This document shows, piece by piece, positions 30,466-40,218 of a DNA stretch of 64,000 nucleotides; positions within the stretch are counted from its first letter, which is position 1, and each line of letters opens with the position of its first letter. The translations under genes and the position numbers were made by a program. The stretch lies in IMG/VR virus record IMGVR_UViG_3300031813_000003, positions 96,001-160,000 of that record; one strand, given 5' to 3'. Below the pieces are notes generated by a model, which saw only the letters and a list, made by a program, of their open reading frames with translations, searched no databases and was not told the DNA's origin. The DNA is from a virus (taxonomy: Duplodnaviria; Caudoviricetes).

Positions 30466-32375
30466 TTCTATCAATAAATGAAATTATATCAACATCAAGT
30501 GGTATCATTATAACATCCGATGTTCCGGTAAATTCATACATATCACAAAATAATTTTGATTTGGTAATGTACTCAAACCAAAATTATATAAACATTCCTA
30601 TAAATCCATCAGATGTTGTTGTAGATGGTAATACTATAACTATATCAACACCTAGGATAGAAAATACTTTATACTTTTTAAACGCATTTTCAATATCAGG
30701 GGCAGATACATCTAATATAGTCAATAAACAAATTTTCAAATTTTTATCTGGTGATACAGAATCTATAGAAGGTAGTGCATCTGTTAATAATGTATACACA
30801 CAATTAAAGAATATAGGAAATACATTATCAACAGAATACCTACTTAATAATCAAGAAGATTATGTAGTAAAATTCAACCCTACAATATATGATTTTAACC
30901 AACAAAAATATATAGAACAATCAGAAAAAGTTGTTATATACAATAATGAGATAATTTTGAACTCACTAGTAGATCAATATTTCTCAGAGTATAAAACTTT
31001 TTATGAAATAATAAATTCTAATGTGAATATGTATGATCCTGATTACGTTGATAAAATTCATTTAGTTTTTATGAATAACATAGTCAAATGGAGTGCATTG
31101 AAGGGTAATCTTTCATACATTGAAATAATGTTAGGACTATATGCAAAATATACAGGGCAAAACATAATTAGTATAGTTGAAGACCCTGTTGATAACTTCA
31201 TCTATAGAGTTTCCTCATCCGTACCAAAAACTGTTTGGGATTCTCAAATCAAACCCTTTGTACATCCTTTATCATGGAATGTTATATACAATGAAATAAC
31301 ATCAAACACTAGTCCTGTTTACTATCAATTAATAGACTTAAAAAGACAAATAAGAGAAAACTGGAATCTAGCAAATATATCATATCTTGATGCACAAAAA
31401 TATTCAGATACTCCATTACAACACTATAGAAAGTTAAAATCTATATATCATAGTTCTGGAAACATAGAACCCTATAATGTATCAACTTATGAAAATATTT
31501 CAGATAGAAGTACAACATTACAAAATACTAGAGACGAATCAACATTCAACCAAAATTTCGGTGGTTTTATTGCAGGGCAATCATATGTAAATCAACATGT
31601 AGTACTAGGGATGTATAAAGAGTTAAAAGATAAAACAAAGATAAAATTCACATTTGATAGGCTAAATGGAAATGTTACTCTAGATTTTGGGTTAACAGGA
31701 GTTGCTGATAAGTATATTTACGAATTTTACAATGATAATACTTTGTATAAAGTTGTTCAATCAGCATTAAGCATACTAACAACTCCTATGAATTTTAATG
31801 ATGTTATTTTATTGAAATTAGTAAAAGATGATTGGGAACAGTATGTTTGTAAAATAGATCAATCTGCATTTATAAGGTATAAAGGTGCTATATTATCAGG
31901 AATTTCTAATATAAGTGGAAATAAATATATAAACATCACAAGTGGTACTAATAAGAAAGATTATCAACATTATGTATATAATGGCATGTCAGTTGTAAAT
32001 TTTACATACGAATCAACTAACACAAGTTCAGCTTCAGTGACTGATTTTGATTATACCTTTACTACTTCAGGATCATCAGCTGCATTTATTTCAGAATTTG
32101 ACACAACTGCAAATTTTATACTTTCATCAATTCCAATAACAGCATCAAATGGAAATTTTAATAACACAACTGTAACTTTTACTAAGCCTGGAGTAGTTAC
32201 AAAATATGTATGGTCATTATATATAAGTGGAAATCTAGTCGAAACTTTGACTACATATCTTAATAATGTATCATTTTCAATACCATCTGGTGATTATTCT
32301 AATGGAACCATAGGATTAACTATATTTTATAAAAATGGCTCATACACTTTAAATAGTAGGGCAATTTGTGTGTGA
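30462..32375 (+). CDS. Probable baseplate wedge protein (gp7-like position)
   Basis: LKG...IE and IKPFVHP.SW motifs; synteny. Confidence 0.55.
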   Translation: MILSINEIISTSSGIIITSDVPVNSYISQNNFDLVMYSNQNYINIPINPSDVVVDGNTITISTPRIENTLYFLNAFSISGADTSNIVNKQIFKFLSGDTESIEGSASVNNVYTQLKNIGNTLSTEYLLNNQEDYVVKFNPTIYDFNQQKYIEQSEKVVIYNNEIILNSLVDQYFSEYKTFYEIINSNVNMYDPDYVDKIHLVFMNNIVKWSALKGNLSYIEIMLGLYAKYTGQNIISIVEDPVDNFIYRVSSSVPKTVWDSQIKPFVHPLSWNVIYNEITSNTSPVYYQLIDLKRQIRENWNLANISYLDAQKYSDTPLQHYRKLKSIYHSSGNIEPYNVSTYENISDRSTTLQNTRDESTFNQNFGGFIAGQSYVNQHVVLGMYKELKDKTKIKFTFDRLNGNVTLDFGLTGVADKYIYEFYNDNTLYKVVQSALSILTTPMNFNDVILLKLVKDDWEQYVCKIDQSAFIRYKGAILSGISNISGNKYINITSGTNKKDYQHYVYNGMSVVNFTYESTNTSSASVTDFDYTFTTSGSSAAFISEFDTTANFILSSIPITASNGNFNNTTVTFTKPGVVTKYVWSLYISGNLVETLTTYLNNVSFSIPSGDYSNGTIGLTIFYKNGSYTLNSRAICV

Positions 32376-32405
32376 TAAATAAAAATAAAAACAAAAGGTA
32401 TATAC

Positions 32406-34178
32406 ATGTCAAATTTTAATTTTCTTAGTGGGTCATCAATAGATACATATCCAAATATGTTATTCACTATGTTGGAAAGAGCCGAATGTTACCTAGGGTT
32501 CTCTAAAGGTAGTCCAAAAAATCAATGGGGAATTAGTTCTCTAATACAGATACAACATACAAATTCAAATTACTTGAATGTAATTGCAACATCAGGGGCA
32601 GGTACGACAGCAAGCAAATTCTATGATAACAATTCAGTTATATTAAATAGTGCGGGTGTTGATAAGCAATCTGTATATATTGTCAGATATAATGTATCTG
32701 ATACTGGATTTACAACTCCTACTGCTATTACAAATATAGGAACTTTAACTTTATCATATATAAACAAGACTTGGGCTGTAATACAAGGATTAGTCAATAA
32801 CTATTATAGTCTTATGCCTATAAGTACTTCATACAACTATTATATACAAAACTGGAATAGTACTGTAAGAGTAATGATAAATTCAAAATCATTATCTAAT
32901 GTTCCATTTTATTCAGAAAATTGTAGTCTATATTATGCCCCTGTATCAGGTGGAAGTTACACACTTTTGGCACAAAATCTTCAAAAAACTACAAATATGT
33001 TAGGTGAATCATTTGTAACTGGACTTAGAAATCCTTCTACAATTATTGATACTGATATTGATGGATTACTTAATATGAATGACCCATCTTCTATTAAGAA
33101 AAATACACTTTTAAATTCTACTTTTAGATTAGTATCAACTTTATCATCTGGAAGTATACTAATTGATGATATGCGTTTTACTGATCCAACAATAGGAACA
33201 AATGAGTTATATACTGAAGTTTCTTCATATGAAGGATCACAATCATATTTAACCTTAAATTTTCCATTTATTGATAAACAACAGTATCTTAAATTTGTTA
33301 TAGGTAGTAATCAGATAAATTCATTAGCTATATGGCAAGAAGCTTTACCATATACTTCTGTAATTCCTGTTGCGGATAGTAATCCTCCAGGAATAGATAT
33401 TTCATATGTTAAAAATCCTTGTGTTCATTCTTCATTGTTTGATGTGAATGGTCTTTCACAAATTCAAACATCTGAAGTGACATATGTAAAAGAATTAAAT
33501 AATTCTACAGAAGTTAGTGCGGCAATAGCAAATGGGTTTACTATTGTTCCATTACAACTTGTTGGTGAAAATATTTCTCATAGCGGTATTATAAGACAAA
33601 CTATATCAGCAAGTGGATCATTAACTAATACAATACTTATGGAAGATTTTCATACATTTGTAGTAGGAGATCAGATTTTTATTCCATTTGAACCACAAAG
33701 TACTACGTTCCCTGGAACTACATATTTTGTTCAGTCTGTTGACTACACACCATCAGCATCATTTATAACTTTAACAACTAATATTGTTATTGATGAAGAT
33801 TTATTATTGTATACTACTCTTAATTCAGAACCATCAAATGTAAATGCAAGTATCACATTAGCATCAACTACTGACAAAGAGACTGCATTAATGAATGGAT
33901 TTACTAATGTTCTAATTACAAAGACTGTTCCTAGGATAGGTGGGTCTAGTCCAACTCAGAATGTATATAGACAGTTATTCATATCATGGCAACCAAAGGA
34001 TTCTACAGGAGCTATTTGTAGTAGTCCTATATACTCTGGAGACTCCAATTTATATGGTGCAAATTTTAATATAAATAATTGGAAATACGACAATGGTTTA
34101 ATTCTTTACTTGTCCAATAAACTTCCAATATATCGTAAGTGGGCTAGTGTAGATGAACAATTCCAGATTATTCTTTAA
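32406..34178 (+). CDS. Probable baseplate wedge protein (gp8-like position)
   Basis: C-terminal YRQL...G.ILY.SN..PI.R....EQFQIIL pattern. Confidence 0.55.
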   Translation: MSNFNFLSGSSIDTYPNMLFTMLERAECYLGFSKGSPKNQWGISSLIQIQHTNSNYLNVIATSGAGTTASKFYDNNSVILNSAGVDKQSVYIVRYNVSDTGFTTPTAITNIGTLTLSYINKTWAVIQGLVNNYYSLMPISTSYNYYIQNWNSTVRVMINSKSLSNVPFYSENCSLYYAPVSGGSYTLLAQNLQKTTNMLGESFVTGLRNPSTIIDTDIDGLLNMNDPSSIKKNTLLNSTFRLVSTLSSGSILIDDMRFTDPTIGTNELYTEVSSYEGSQSYLTLNFPFIDKQQYLKFVIGSNQINSLAIWQEALPYTSVIPVADSNPPGIDISYVKNPCVHSSLFDVNGLSQIQTSEVTYVKELNNSTEVSAAIANGFTIVPLQLVGENISHSGIIRQTISASGSLTNTILMEDFHTFVVGDQIFIPFEPQSTTFPGTTYFVQSVDYTPSASFITLTTNIVIDEDLLLYTTLNSEPSNVNASITLASTTDKETALMNGFTNVLITKTVPRIGGSSPTQNVYRQLFISWQPKDSTGAICSSPIYSGDSNLYGANFNINNWKYDNGLILYLSNKLPIYRKWASVDEQFQIIL

Positions 34179-34190
34179 TAGGATCAAATA

Positions 34191-36512
34191 ATGACTGCAC
34201 CTAACCAAAACAATAGATATCAGAATGCAGATTCTTCTTCAATCTATAATATCAAAACAAATCTTAACTCATTTCTATCAGACTTTGCAAGCCTTGATTT
34301 TACAAATGTAGTTCAAAATAATTTGTTTAATAACATAGATGGTAATGGGAATCTCCTTCATTGGAATACATATCAGGTTCTTAGTCTTACAGGGAAATAT
34401 AATTCAACAAATAAATATATCCCAATAACTTTTGCTCCTAGTGGTAGTATATCTCAAAATATATCTACCAATCTTAAGAGTAATTTAAGTTATAGTCTTA
34501 TACTTTATGGATCATCTTCTGTTTCAGGGGCATTGAAAGTTAGTGTATCTTCTTTAAGTAACTATCAGATTTATAATCTATCTGTTACAACTGAACTAAA
34601 CTCTGCATCAACAATGATAAACAGTTCAGTATCTGGTATTGTTCAAAAACATATCATTACATTTAAAACTACAGCAACATCTGCTGTATCAAGTGATATC
34701 ACAGTAACAATACAGAATCTAACATCAAATACTGTATCTGGAACATTTCAAAATATTTTGGTGTATGACAGTCTTATAGAACTAGGAAGTCTACCAGATT
34801 CAAAAGAATTGGCAATTCAAACAGGTATTATTCCTGGGGCATTATATATAAATCCAATTTTTGATGCAACAGGTGTTGCTGTATCTGGTGTTCCTTTAAT
34901 AAATACTGGATATTTAAAGGATATCTATACCAATAGAAAGTATAGCTTTAATGCGTTAAACAATAACTTTTTTTTACAAGAGTTAGACTATACAACTACC
35001 CAAGAACCAGCAGACCCATTAGGGATAAAAATACAGAATGATAGCGGTTCTGCTACTTATTATGTAAGAGTAGTTGGAGGGAATCTTCAATTAGAAGAAA
35101 TACAAAATATATCAGTAGTAAGCCCAATCATTCAAGATTTTGAAAATGGGTGTATTTACTCTATGCATGTATCAGGCTCAACACCTACTTTATACATGAG
35201 GCAAGATTCATTTGTACCAGTTGATACAGTTTTTAGTGAAGTTACTAGTGCTGGTATTCCTACAGGTAATAAATTTATTATGATAGTCAATAATGGATCA
35301 TTGACTATAGAGCAAACAGACTCAAGTTGTTTAGAAAATCCTTCTACATCTGCTACTTATAAACAAATGAAAGATTTATCCAATGGTCTTTGTTATAAAT
35401 TGTCTATTGTTAGTGGTGCTTTAAACATAACACAAATTGTATATAATGGTTATGATAAAGCTTCTTATTCTGTTAGAGATTATGACAATAACATAAATTA
35501 TAATCTTATAATAGAAAATGGTGTTATAAGTATTGTACAAGCTTATAGTGTTTCAGTAGATGATATTTTTGCTCAAGGTAATATAAACACAGCTGCAATT
35601 TCAGCATTGAGTAATAAAATTGATAGTGATAATGCACTATTATCTCAATCAATTTCAGCATTAAATAATACATTTGTGATTGAAAGTAATGCATTATCAG
35701 CATCAATTACAAATTTACAATCAAACATATCTTCAGTTAATTCAACTTTACTTTTAGATAATACAAATTTATCAAATGCAATTACTACGTTGAATTTGAA
35801 TACTAACACATTATCTGCATCTGTATCTGCTTTAACTACAGACATATACAATATTGTAAGTTCATTTTCAACTACTGCGTTACCTAATACAATACCTCTT
35901 AGAGATGGTTATGGTAAACTTTTAGTATCTTCAGGGCCTAGTGGTGGTATATCATTCCCAAATAATGCATTTGGAGAACCAATAGATTACGCAACAATAC
36001 AATTACTCAATCCAGGTGGTATAACAGGAAGATCAGAATTAACAATATCAGTAGGAAGTGATCCAAGTAGCTATTCTGATGCGGATACTATAAATTTTAA
36101 AACCACTGATTCAAATAATAGAGGTGGTGTGTATGTAAATGGTCACTCTATCTATCATAATGGTAATTGTGTTAATTCTGCGTATTATGGAGCATCTGGT
36201 GGACCTATTCCAGTTGGAGGTTATTATACATTCCCCAATGGATTAATATTACAATGGGGTAAAGTATATGTTTCAGATATTGTATCTTCCACTATAATAT
36301 CTGTTACTTTTCCAGTGTCTTTTCCATCAGCAGCAGTTCCTAGTGTATTTGTATCAGATGAATGTTATACTCAATTTCAATTATCAACATATGCAGTTCA
36401 AAGTATAACAACTTCTGGATTTAATATCATGGCTACTGAAAGTATATCAATAGTGTATCCACATACATATCATTGGTATGCTATTGGAACTACTGATATA
36501 TTATATTCATAA
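34191..36512 (+). CDS. Tail fibre protein
   Basis: Internal beta repeats; coiled-coil segment; C-terminal GYYTFPNGLILQWG...VTFPVSF...WYAIG; followed by a chaperone. Confidence 0.8.
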   Translation: MTAPNQNNRYQNADSSSIYNIKTNLNSFLSDFASLDFTNVVQNNLFNNIDGNGNLLHWNTYQVLSLTGKYNSTNKYIPITFAPSGSISQNISTNLKSNLSYSLILYGSSSVSGALKVSVSSLSNYQIYNLSVTTELNSASTMINSSVSGIVQKHIITFKTTATSAVSSDITVTIQNLTSNTVSGTFQNILVYDSLIELGSLPDSKELAIQTGIIPGALYINPIFDATGVAVSGVPLINTGYLKDIYTNRKYSFNALNNNFFLQELDYTTTQEPADPLGIKIQNDSGSATYYVRVVGGNLQLEEIQNISVVSPIIQDFENGCIYSMHVSGSTPTLYMRQDSFVPVDTVFSEVTSAGIPTGNKFIMIVNNGSLTIEQTDSSCLENPSTSATYKQMKDLSNGLCYKLSIVSGALNITQIVYNGYDKASYSVRDYDNNINYNLIIENGVISIVQAYSVSVDDIFAQGNINTAAISALSNKIDSDNALLSQSISALNNTFVIESNALSASITNLQSNISSVNSTLLLDNTNLSNAITTLNLNTNTLSASVSALTTDIYNIVSSFSTTALPNTIPLRDGYGKLLVSSGPSGGISFPNNAFGEPIDYATIQLLNPGGITGRSELTISVGSDPSSYSDADTINFKTTDSNNRGGVYVNGHSIYHNGNCVNSAYYGASGGPIPVGGYYTFPNGLILQWGKVYVSDIVSSTIISVTFPVSFPSAAVPSVFVSDECYTQFQLSTYAVQSITTSGFNIMATESISIVYPHTYHWYAIGTTDILYS

Positions 36513-36522
36513 GGAATTATAT

Positions 36523-36933
36523 ATGTATTATTATAGTGCTTCATTAAATGGATTTTATACAAGCAAAATTCATGGTAAAAATATACCATCAGATTCAATT
36601 GAAATAACTGATGAATTATATAAAAATTTAATAGACGGTCAATGTTATGGAAAAAGAATAATACCTGATATAGATGGTAATCCTATATTATCAGAGTATA
36701 TTCAACCAAGTATAGAAAAAAAATCTGAAAATACTAGGGTTATCAGAAATAATCTTTTAAGTTCATGTGATTGGACTATGTTATCTGATGTTGTATTATC
36801 AGATGATTTAAAAAATGCATGGAAATCATATAGACAATCACTTAGAGATATTACAACTCAGAAAACCTTTCCAGATGTTGTTTGGCCTAATATCCCAGGG
36901 ACTATAAATACTCCAGAGGTATCTGGAACATAA
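36523..36933 (+). CDS. Tail fibre assembly chaperone
   Basis: YYYSASLNGFY...IP.D..EI; RN.LL...DW; W..YRQ.LRDI..Q..FP...WP. Confidence 0.9.
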   Translation: MYYYSASLNGFYTSKIHGKNIPSDSIEITDELYKNLIDGQCYGKRIIPDIDGNPILSEYIQPSIEKKSENTRVIRNNLLSSCDWTMLSDVVLSDDLKNAWKSYRQSLRDITTQKTFPDVVWPNIPGTINTPEVSGT

Positions 36934-37198
36934 ATCTTACCCTGCTCCAGAGGGGCGTTTTCATTATACACCCACTTTTAGGATTTTGTCAAGTTTAATT
37001 CATAACATATTGAAATATAATAAATTATGAAATAAATTGGAAGATGAATAAAAGATATTGACATAAAATGATAGATGTTCTAGGATTGTTCTCAGTTGAA
37101 CCCAGTAAGGAAGTTAATTGCATTCAAGATATATCTTACCCTGCTCCAGAGGGGCGTTTTTCATTATACACCCACTTTTGGGGTTTTGTCAAGTTTAA
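36934..37198. repeat. Two copies of a 65-66 bp direct repeat (36934-36998, 37133-37198), each with a consensus minus-strand promoter
   Basis: ATCTTACCCTGCTCCAGAGGGGCGTTTT(T)CATTATACACCCACTTTT.GG.TTTTGTCAAGTTTAA; reverse complement has TTGACA-18-TATAAT; plus-strand TTGACA-17-TAGGAT between the copies (37058-37086). Confidence 0.9.
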
Positions 37199-37230
37199 AT
37201 CAAAATAAAATAAAAGGAGAATAATATCAA

Positions 37231-37692
37231 ATGAATACAAAATTCGTAGCAATTCTAGAAGAACTGGACAGAGATCAACTTGATGAGGGTAGAGGAAGAC
37301 CTAAGAAAGAAGTCGATCCAAATGCAGAAGTGAAATCAAAAGGTAAAAGAGGTCGCCCTGCTAAGAATTCAATTTCAGATGATGACGATTCAGGCAAAGA
37401 AGGTGTAAGAGATATCAAGCTTTACTCTTACATTACTGCAGGTAGGGGCAAGAATCGTCAGGAAGCAACTGAAACCAAAGAACTCAAAGGTGTGACCATC
37501 GATCAAATTAAAAAGATTGCGGCTGATAATGAGCACATGCTTTGTGTGAAATATTCTAAAAAATGGGATTTTGATCTTGATGAAATTAATGTACAAATCA
37601 AGGATTCCCTAGGATGGACAGGTGCAAGGGCTGAAGATCACACATCAAATGATGATTCATCAGATGATGACGATTACGTAGTAAATTCATAA
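37231..37692 (+). CDS. AT-hook DNA-binding protein with an acidic tail
   Basis: GRGRPKK and KRGRPAK; AAGGAG SD. Confidence 0.7.
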   Translation: MNTKFVAILEELDRDQLDEGRGRPKKEVDPNAEVKSKGKRGRPAKNSISDDDDSGKEGVRDIKLYSYITAGRGKNRQEATETKELKGVTIDQIKKIAADNEHMLCVKYSKKWDFDLDEINVQIKDSLGWTGARAEDHTSNDDSSDDDDYVVNS

Positions 37693-37716
37693 TCGTAAAT
37701 AAATTTCAAATTAAAA

Positions 37717-37758
37717 TTGACAAGAGACTCCATCTAATGTAAGGTTAGATGGAGTTTT
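37717..37758 (+). promoter_or_regulatory. Overlapping terminator and sigma70-type promoter
   Basis: TTGACA-17-TAAGGT; ACTCCATCTAA/TTAGATGGAGT followed by TTT. Confidence 0.65.
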
Positions 37759-38134
37759 CATTTAAAGGAGGAGAATTGATGCGAAATTTGAGTTTTATCC
37801 TGTGGATGCTGTTTTGGGGTCCATCTTGTACGTCAGAAAAATTTATTATGTCTAAAATATATCCCGCAGATTATATGATGTACACTGGTAGTAATGCAGT
37901 TTGTGATATCATAAATTTGATTATCTATGTATGGATAGCGTTGAAACTATACGAAAAAAGGTAAACCTGATATGAATTTATTTTGTGCCCTAGGGTTTCA
38001 CAATTATGGAAAATGGAAAGTATATACCTTTGATATTGTTTCAGGTCAACCTACTCAATATTATAGAACTTGTGATATATGCAAAAAGAGAAAGTTGGGT
38101 ATTTCTAAAATAAAAATTGTAAATCAGGATTGAT

Positions 38135-40018
38135 ATGACCCAAGAAACGATTGCTTTAAGAAAGAATGATATTAAATCTTTAACAGATGTCGAGCATGTT
38201 CTACTAAGACCTCAGATGTATGCAGGATCAAACAATGAAGAAGTTTATCCGACATACATATATGAAGCTGGTAAGATTGTTCTAAAAGATATTCCACAAA
38301 TTCCAGCACTACTTAAATTGTTTGATGAAATAATTTCTAATTCCCTGGATGAAGCTATCAGGACACAATTTAATTACAGCACCAAAATAAAAGTGAATTA
38401 TGATAAACTCTCAGGAGAATTAACCATAAGGGATACTGGTAGAGGATTACCAATTGAATTTGATAAAGCCTTAAAGAAGTGGACTCCTGAGATCATTTTC
38501 ACACACCTTCGTGCAGGGTCGAACTTTGATGACTCAAACAAGGAAATGTTAGTTGGTCAATTTGGGGTTGGTGGTAGTCTTGTGCCAATTTTCTCTAAGA
38601 AGTTTACAGTAGAAACTGCCAATGGTCAACAATTCTATAAGCAGACATATGAAAATCATTTGGCAATCAAGAGAAAACCAACTATTGAACCATCTAAGCT
38701 GAACTATACCGCTGTTCAGTATTTACCCAACTACGATTACTTCAAGGTAAGTGACCTTGTTAAAGAACATTTAGGAACTTTGTATGAGAAGCGTGTAAGG
38801 GATTTAGCATTTGCTTATCCTGAAGTGACTTTCTCATTCAACGGGGAGAAGATAGCTGTACCCAAGTTGAAGCAGTTTGTGGAGTCAATACATCCTATCT
38901 ATGAGTGTAATGAGGTAGAGAATGGTAGAGTAGCTATCTTCTATTCTGATACTGACTTTCAGCAGCTTTCCATTGTCAATGGTGCAAACACTATGAGGGG
39001 TGGTACTCATGTCGATTATGCTACCAACAAGATCATTGAACATGTAAGGGCATTTCTAAAAAAGAAACATAAACTAGAAGTTAAACCAATTGATATTAAA
39101 AGTAAAATTTTTCTACTTTTATCTATCAGGATGCAGAACCCTGCATTCGATTCACAAACCAAAGAAAGATTGATATCTGTTAACAACTTCAAGACATTGA
39201 TTGATGATCTTCTATCTGAAAAGTTCCTCAATACAATTCTAAAGAACGATGAAATCATACTCCCAATAGTTGAGTCATATAAACTAAAACTTCAGGTCAA
39301 AGAGAATGTAGAACTGAAGAAACTAGGGCAACAGAAAAAGAAGGTTCGTGTTGATAAGTATTATCCTGCAACCAGATATAGAAAATATCTAGTTCTGACT
39401 GAAGGTGATTCAGCCTGTAACGGATTAATGTCAGTCCTAGGAAGAGAAGAGTTCTCATATTTCCCACTGAAAGGTAAACCATTAAACGTTTTGGAAGCGA
39501 CAACAGAAAAAATCAAGTCAAATGATGAAATCAAGAATATTGTCACTATCTTAGGATTAAGACTTGACAAGGATATACAAAATGATCTATCATACGACTT
39601 TGTTTTGATTGCGTCTGACCAAGACCTTGATGGAATCGATATTCGTGGATTACTATTAGGATTCTTTCACAAGTTTGGAACTTCTTTACTCCAAGCTGGA
39701 AGAATCAAGTTTATCAGGACTCCGATTGTTGCAGGATTCGATAGAGCAGGAAAAATTAAGGATTTCTTCTTTACCCTTCCTGAGTATAACGAGAAAAAGA
39801 ATCCTAGCCTTAAGTACAATTACTATAAGGGGTTGGCTTCCTGGGAAGCTTCTGATCTTAATCAGCTTATTAAACTAAAAGGAATTGAACACTTTATTCA
39901 GACTTATGAATATGATGAACATACTGCTAAGATGATCACTAACTGGTTATCCAAAGCAACTGTTGATTATCGTAAAGAACAGCTGAGAGGGATAGAGTTC
40001 AATATAAACACTATATGA
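38135..40018 (+). CDS. 39: Type II DNA topoisomerase large subunit (gp39 and gp60 in one ORF)
   Basis: EHVLLRP.MY.GS, KLFDEI.SN, DTGRG, GSNFDD, GGTHV, TEGDSA, PLKGK, DQDLDG, YYKGL. Confidence 0.95.
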   Translation: MTQETIALRKNDIKSLTDVEHVLLRPQMYAGSNNEEVYPTYIYEAGKIVLKDIPQIPALLKLFDEIISNSLDEAIRTQFNYSTKIKVNYDKLSGELTIRDTGRGLPIEFDKALKKWTPEIIFTHLRAGSNFDDSNKEMLVGQFGVGGSLVPIFSKKFTVETANGQQFYKQTYENHLAIKRKPTIEPSKLNYTAVQYLPNYDYFKVSDLVKEHLGTLYEKRVRDLAFAYPEVTFSFNGEKIAVPKLKQFVESIHPIYECNEVENGRVAIFYSDTDFQQLSIVNGANTMRGGTHVDYATNKIIEHVRAFLKKKHKLEVKPIDIKSKIFLLLSIRMQNPAFDSQTKERLISVNNFKTLIDDLLSEKFLNTILKNDEIILPIVESYKLKLQVKENVELKKLGQQKKKVRVDKYYPATRYRKYLVLTEGDSACNGLMSVLGREEFSYFPLKGKPLNVLEATTEKIKSNDEIKNIVTILGLRLDKDIQNDLSYDFVLIASDQDLDGIDIRGLLLGFFHKFGTSLLQAGRIKFIRTPIVAGFDRAGKIKDFFFTLPEYNEKKNPSLKYNYYKGLASWEASDLNQLIKLKGIEHFIQTYEYDEHTAKMITNWLSKATVDYRKEQLRGIEFNINTI

Positions 40019-40218
40019 CATGTAAAAAATGTAAAGATACAGGTGAGTTTAATTATCAAATTACACTTGATCCTGAATCTACTGTTTTAATGCCTTGCCC
40101 TGAATGTACTATTCAGGGCATACATGAATTTCATTGTATCCATTGCGGTGATCCTAAATGTCAAGACTGTAGCTACAATGGTAAAATTGAAAAGATAAGG
40201 AGTAAGAGTGCAAATTAA
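40015..40218 (+). CDS. Small Cys-rich protein between the topoisomerase subunits
   Basis: Four CxxC motifs. Confidence 0.55.
   Translation: MTCKKCKDTGEFNYQITLDPESTVLMPCPECTIQGIHEFHCIHCGDPKCQDCSYNGKIEKIRSKSAN

Noticed and set aside
36934-37198. CRISPR mini-array or DGR template/variable repeat pair
   Set aside because: Only two 65-66 bp units with a 134-bp gap, both non-coding. No cas or reverse transcriptase gene is in the window, and the promoter content explains the conservation.
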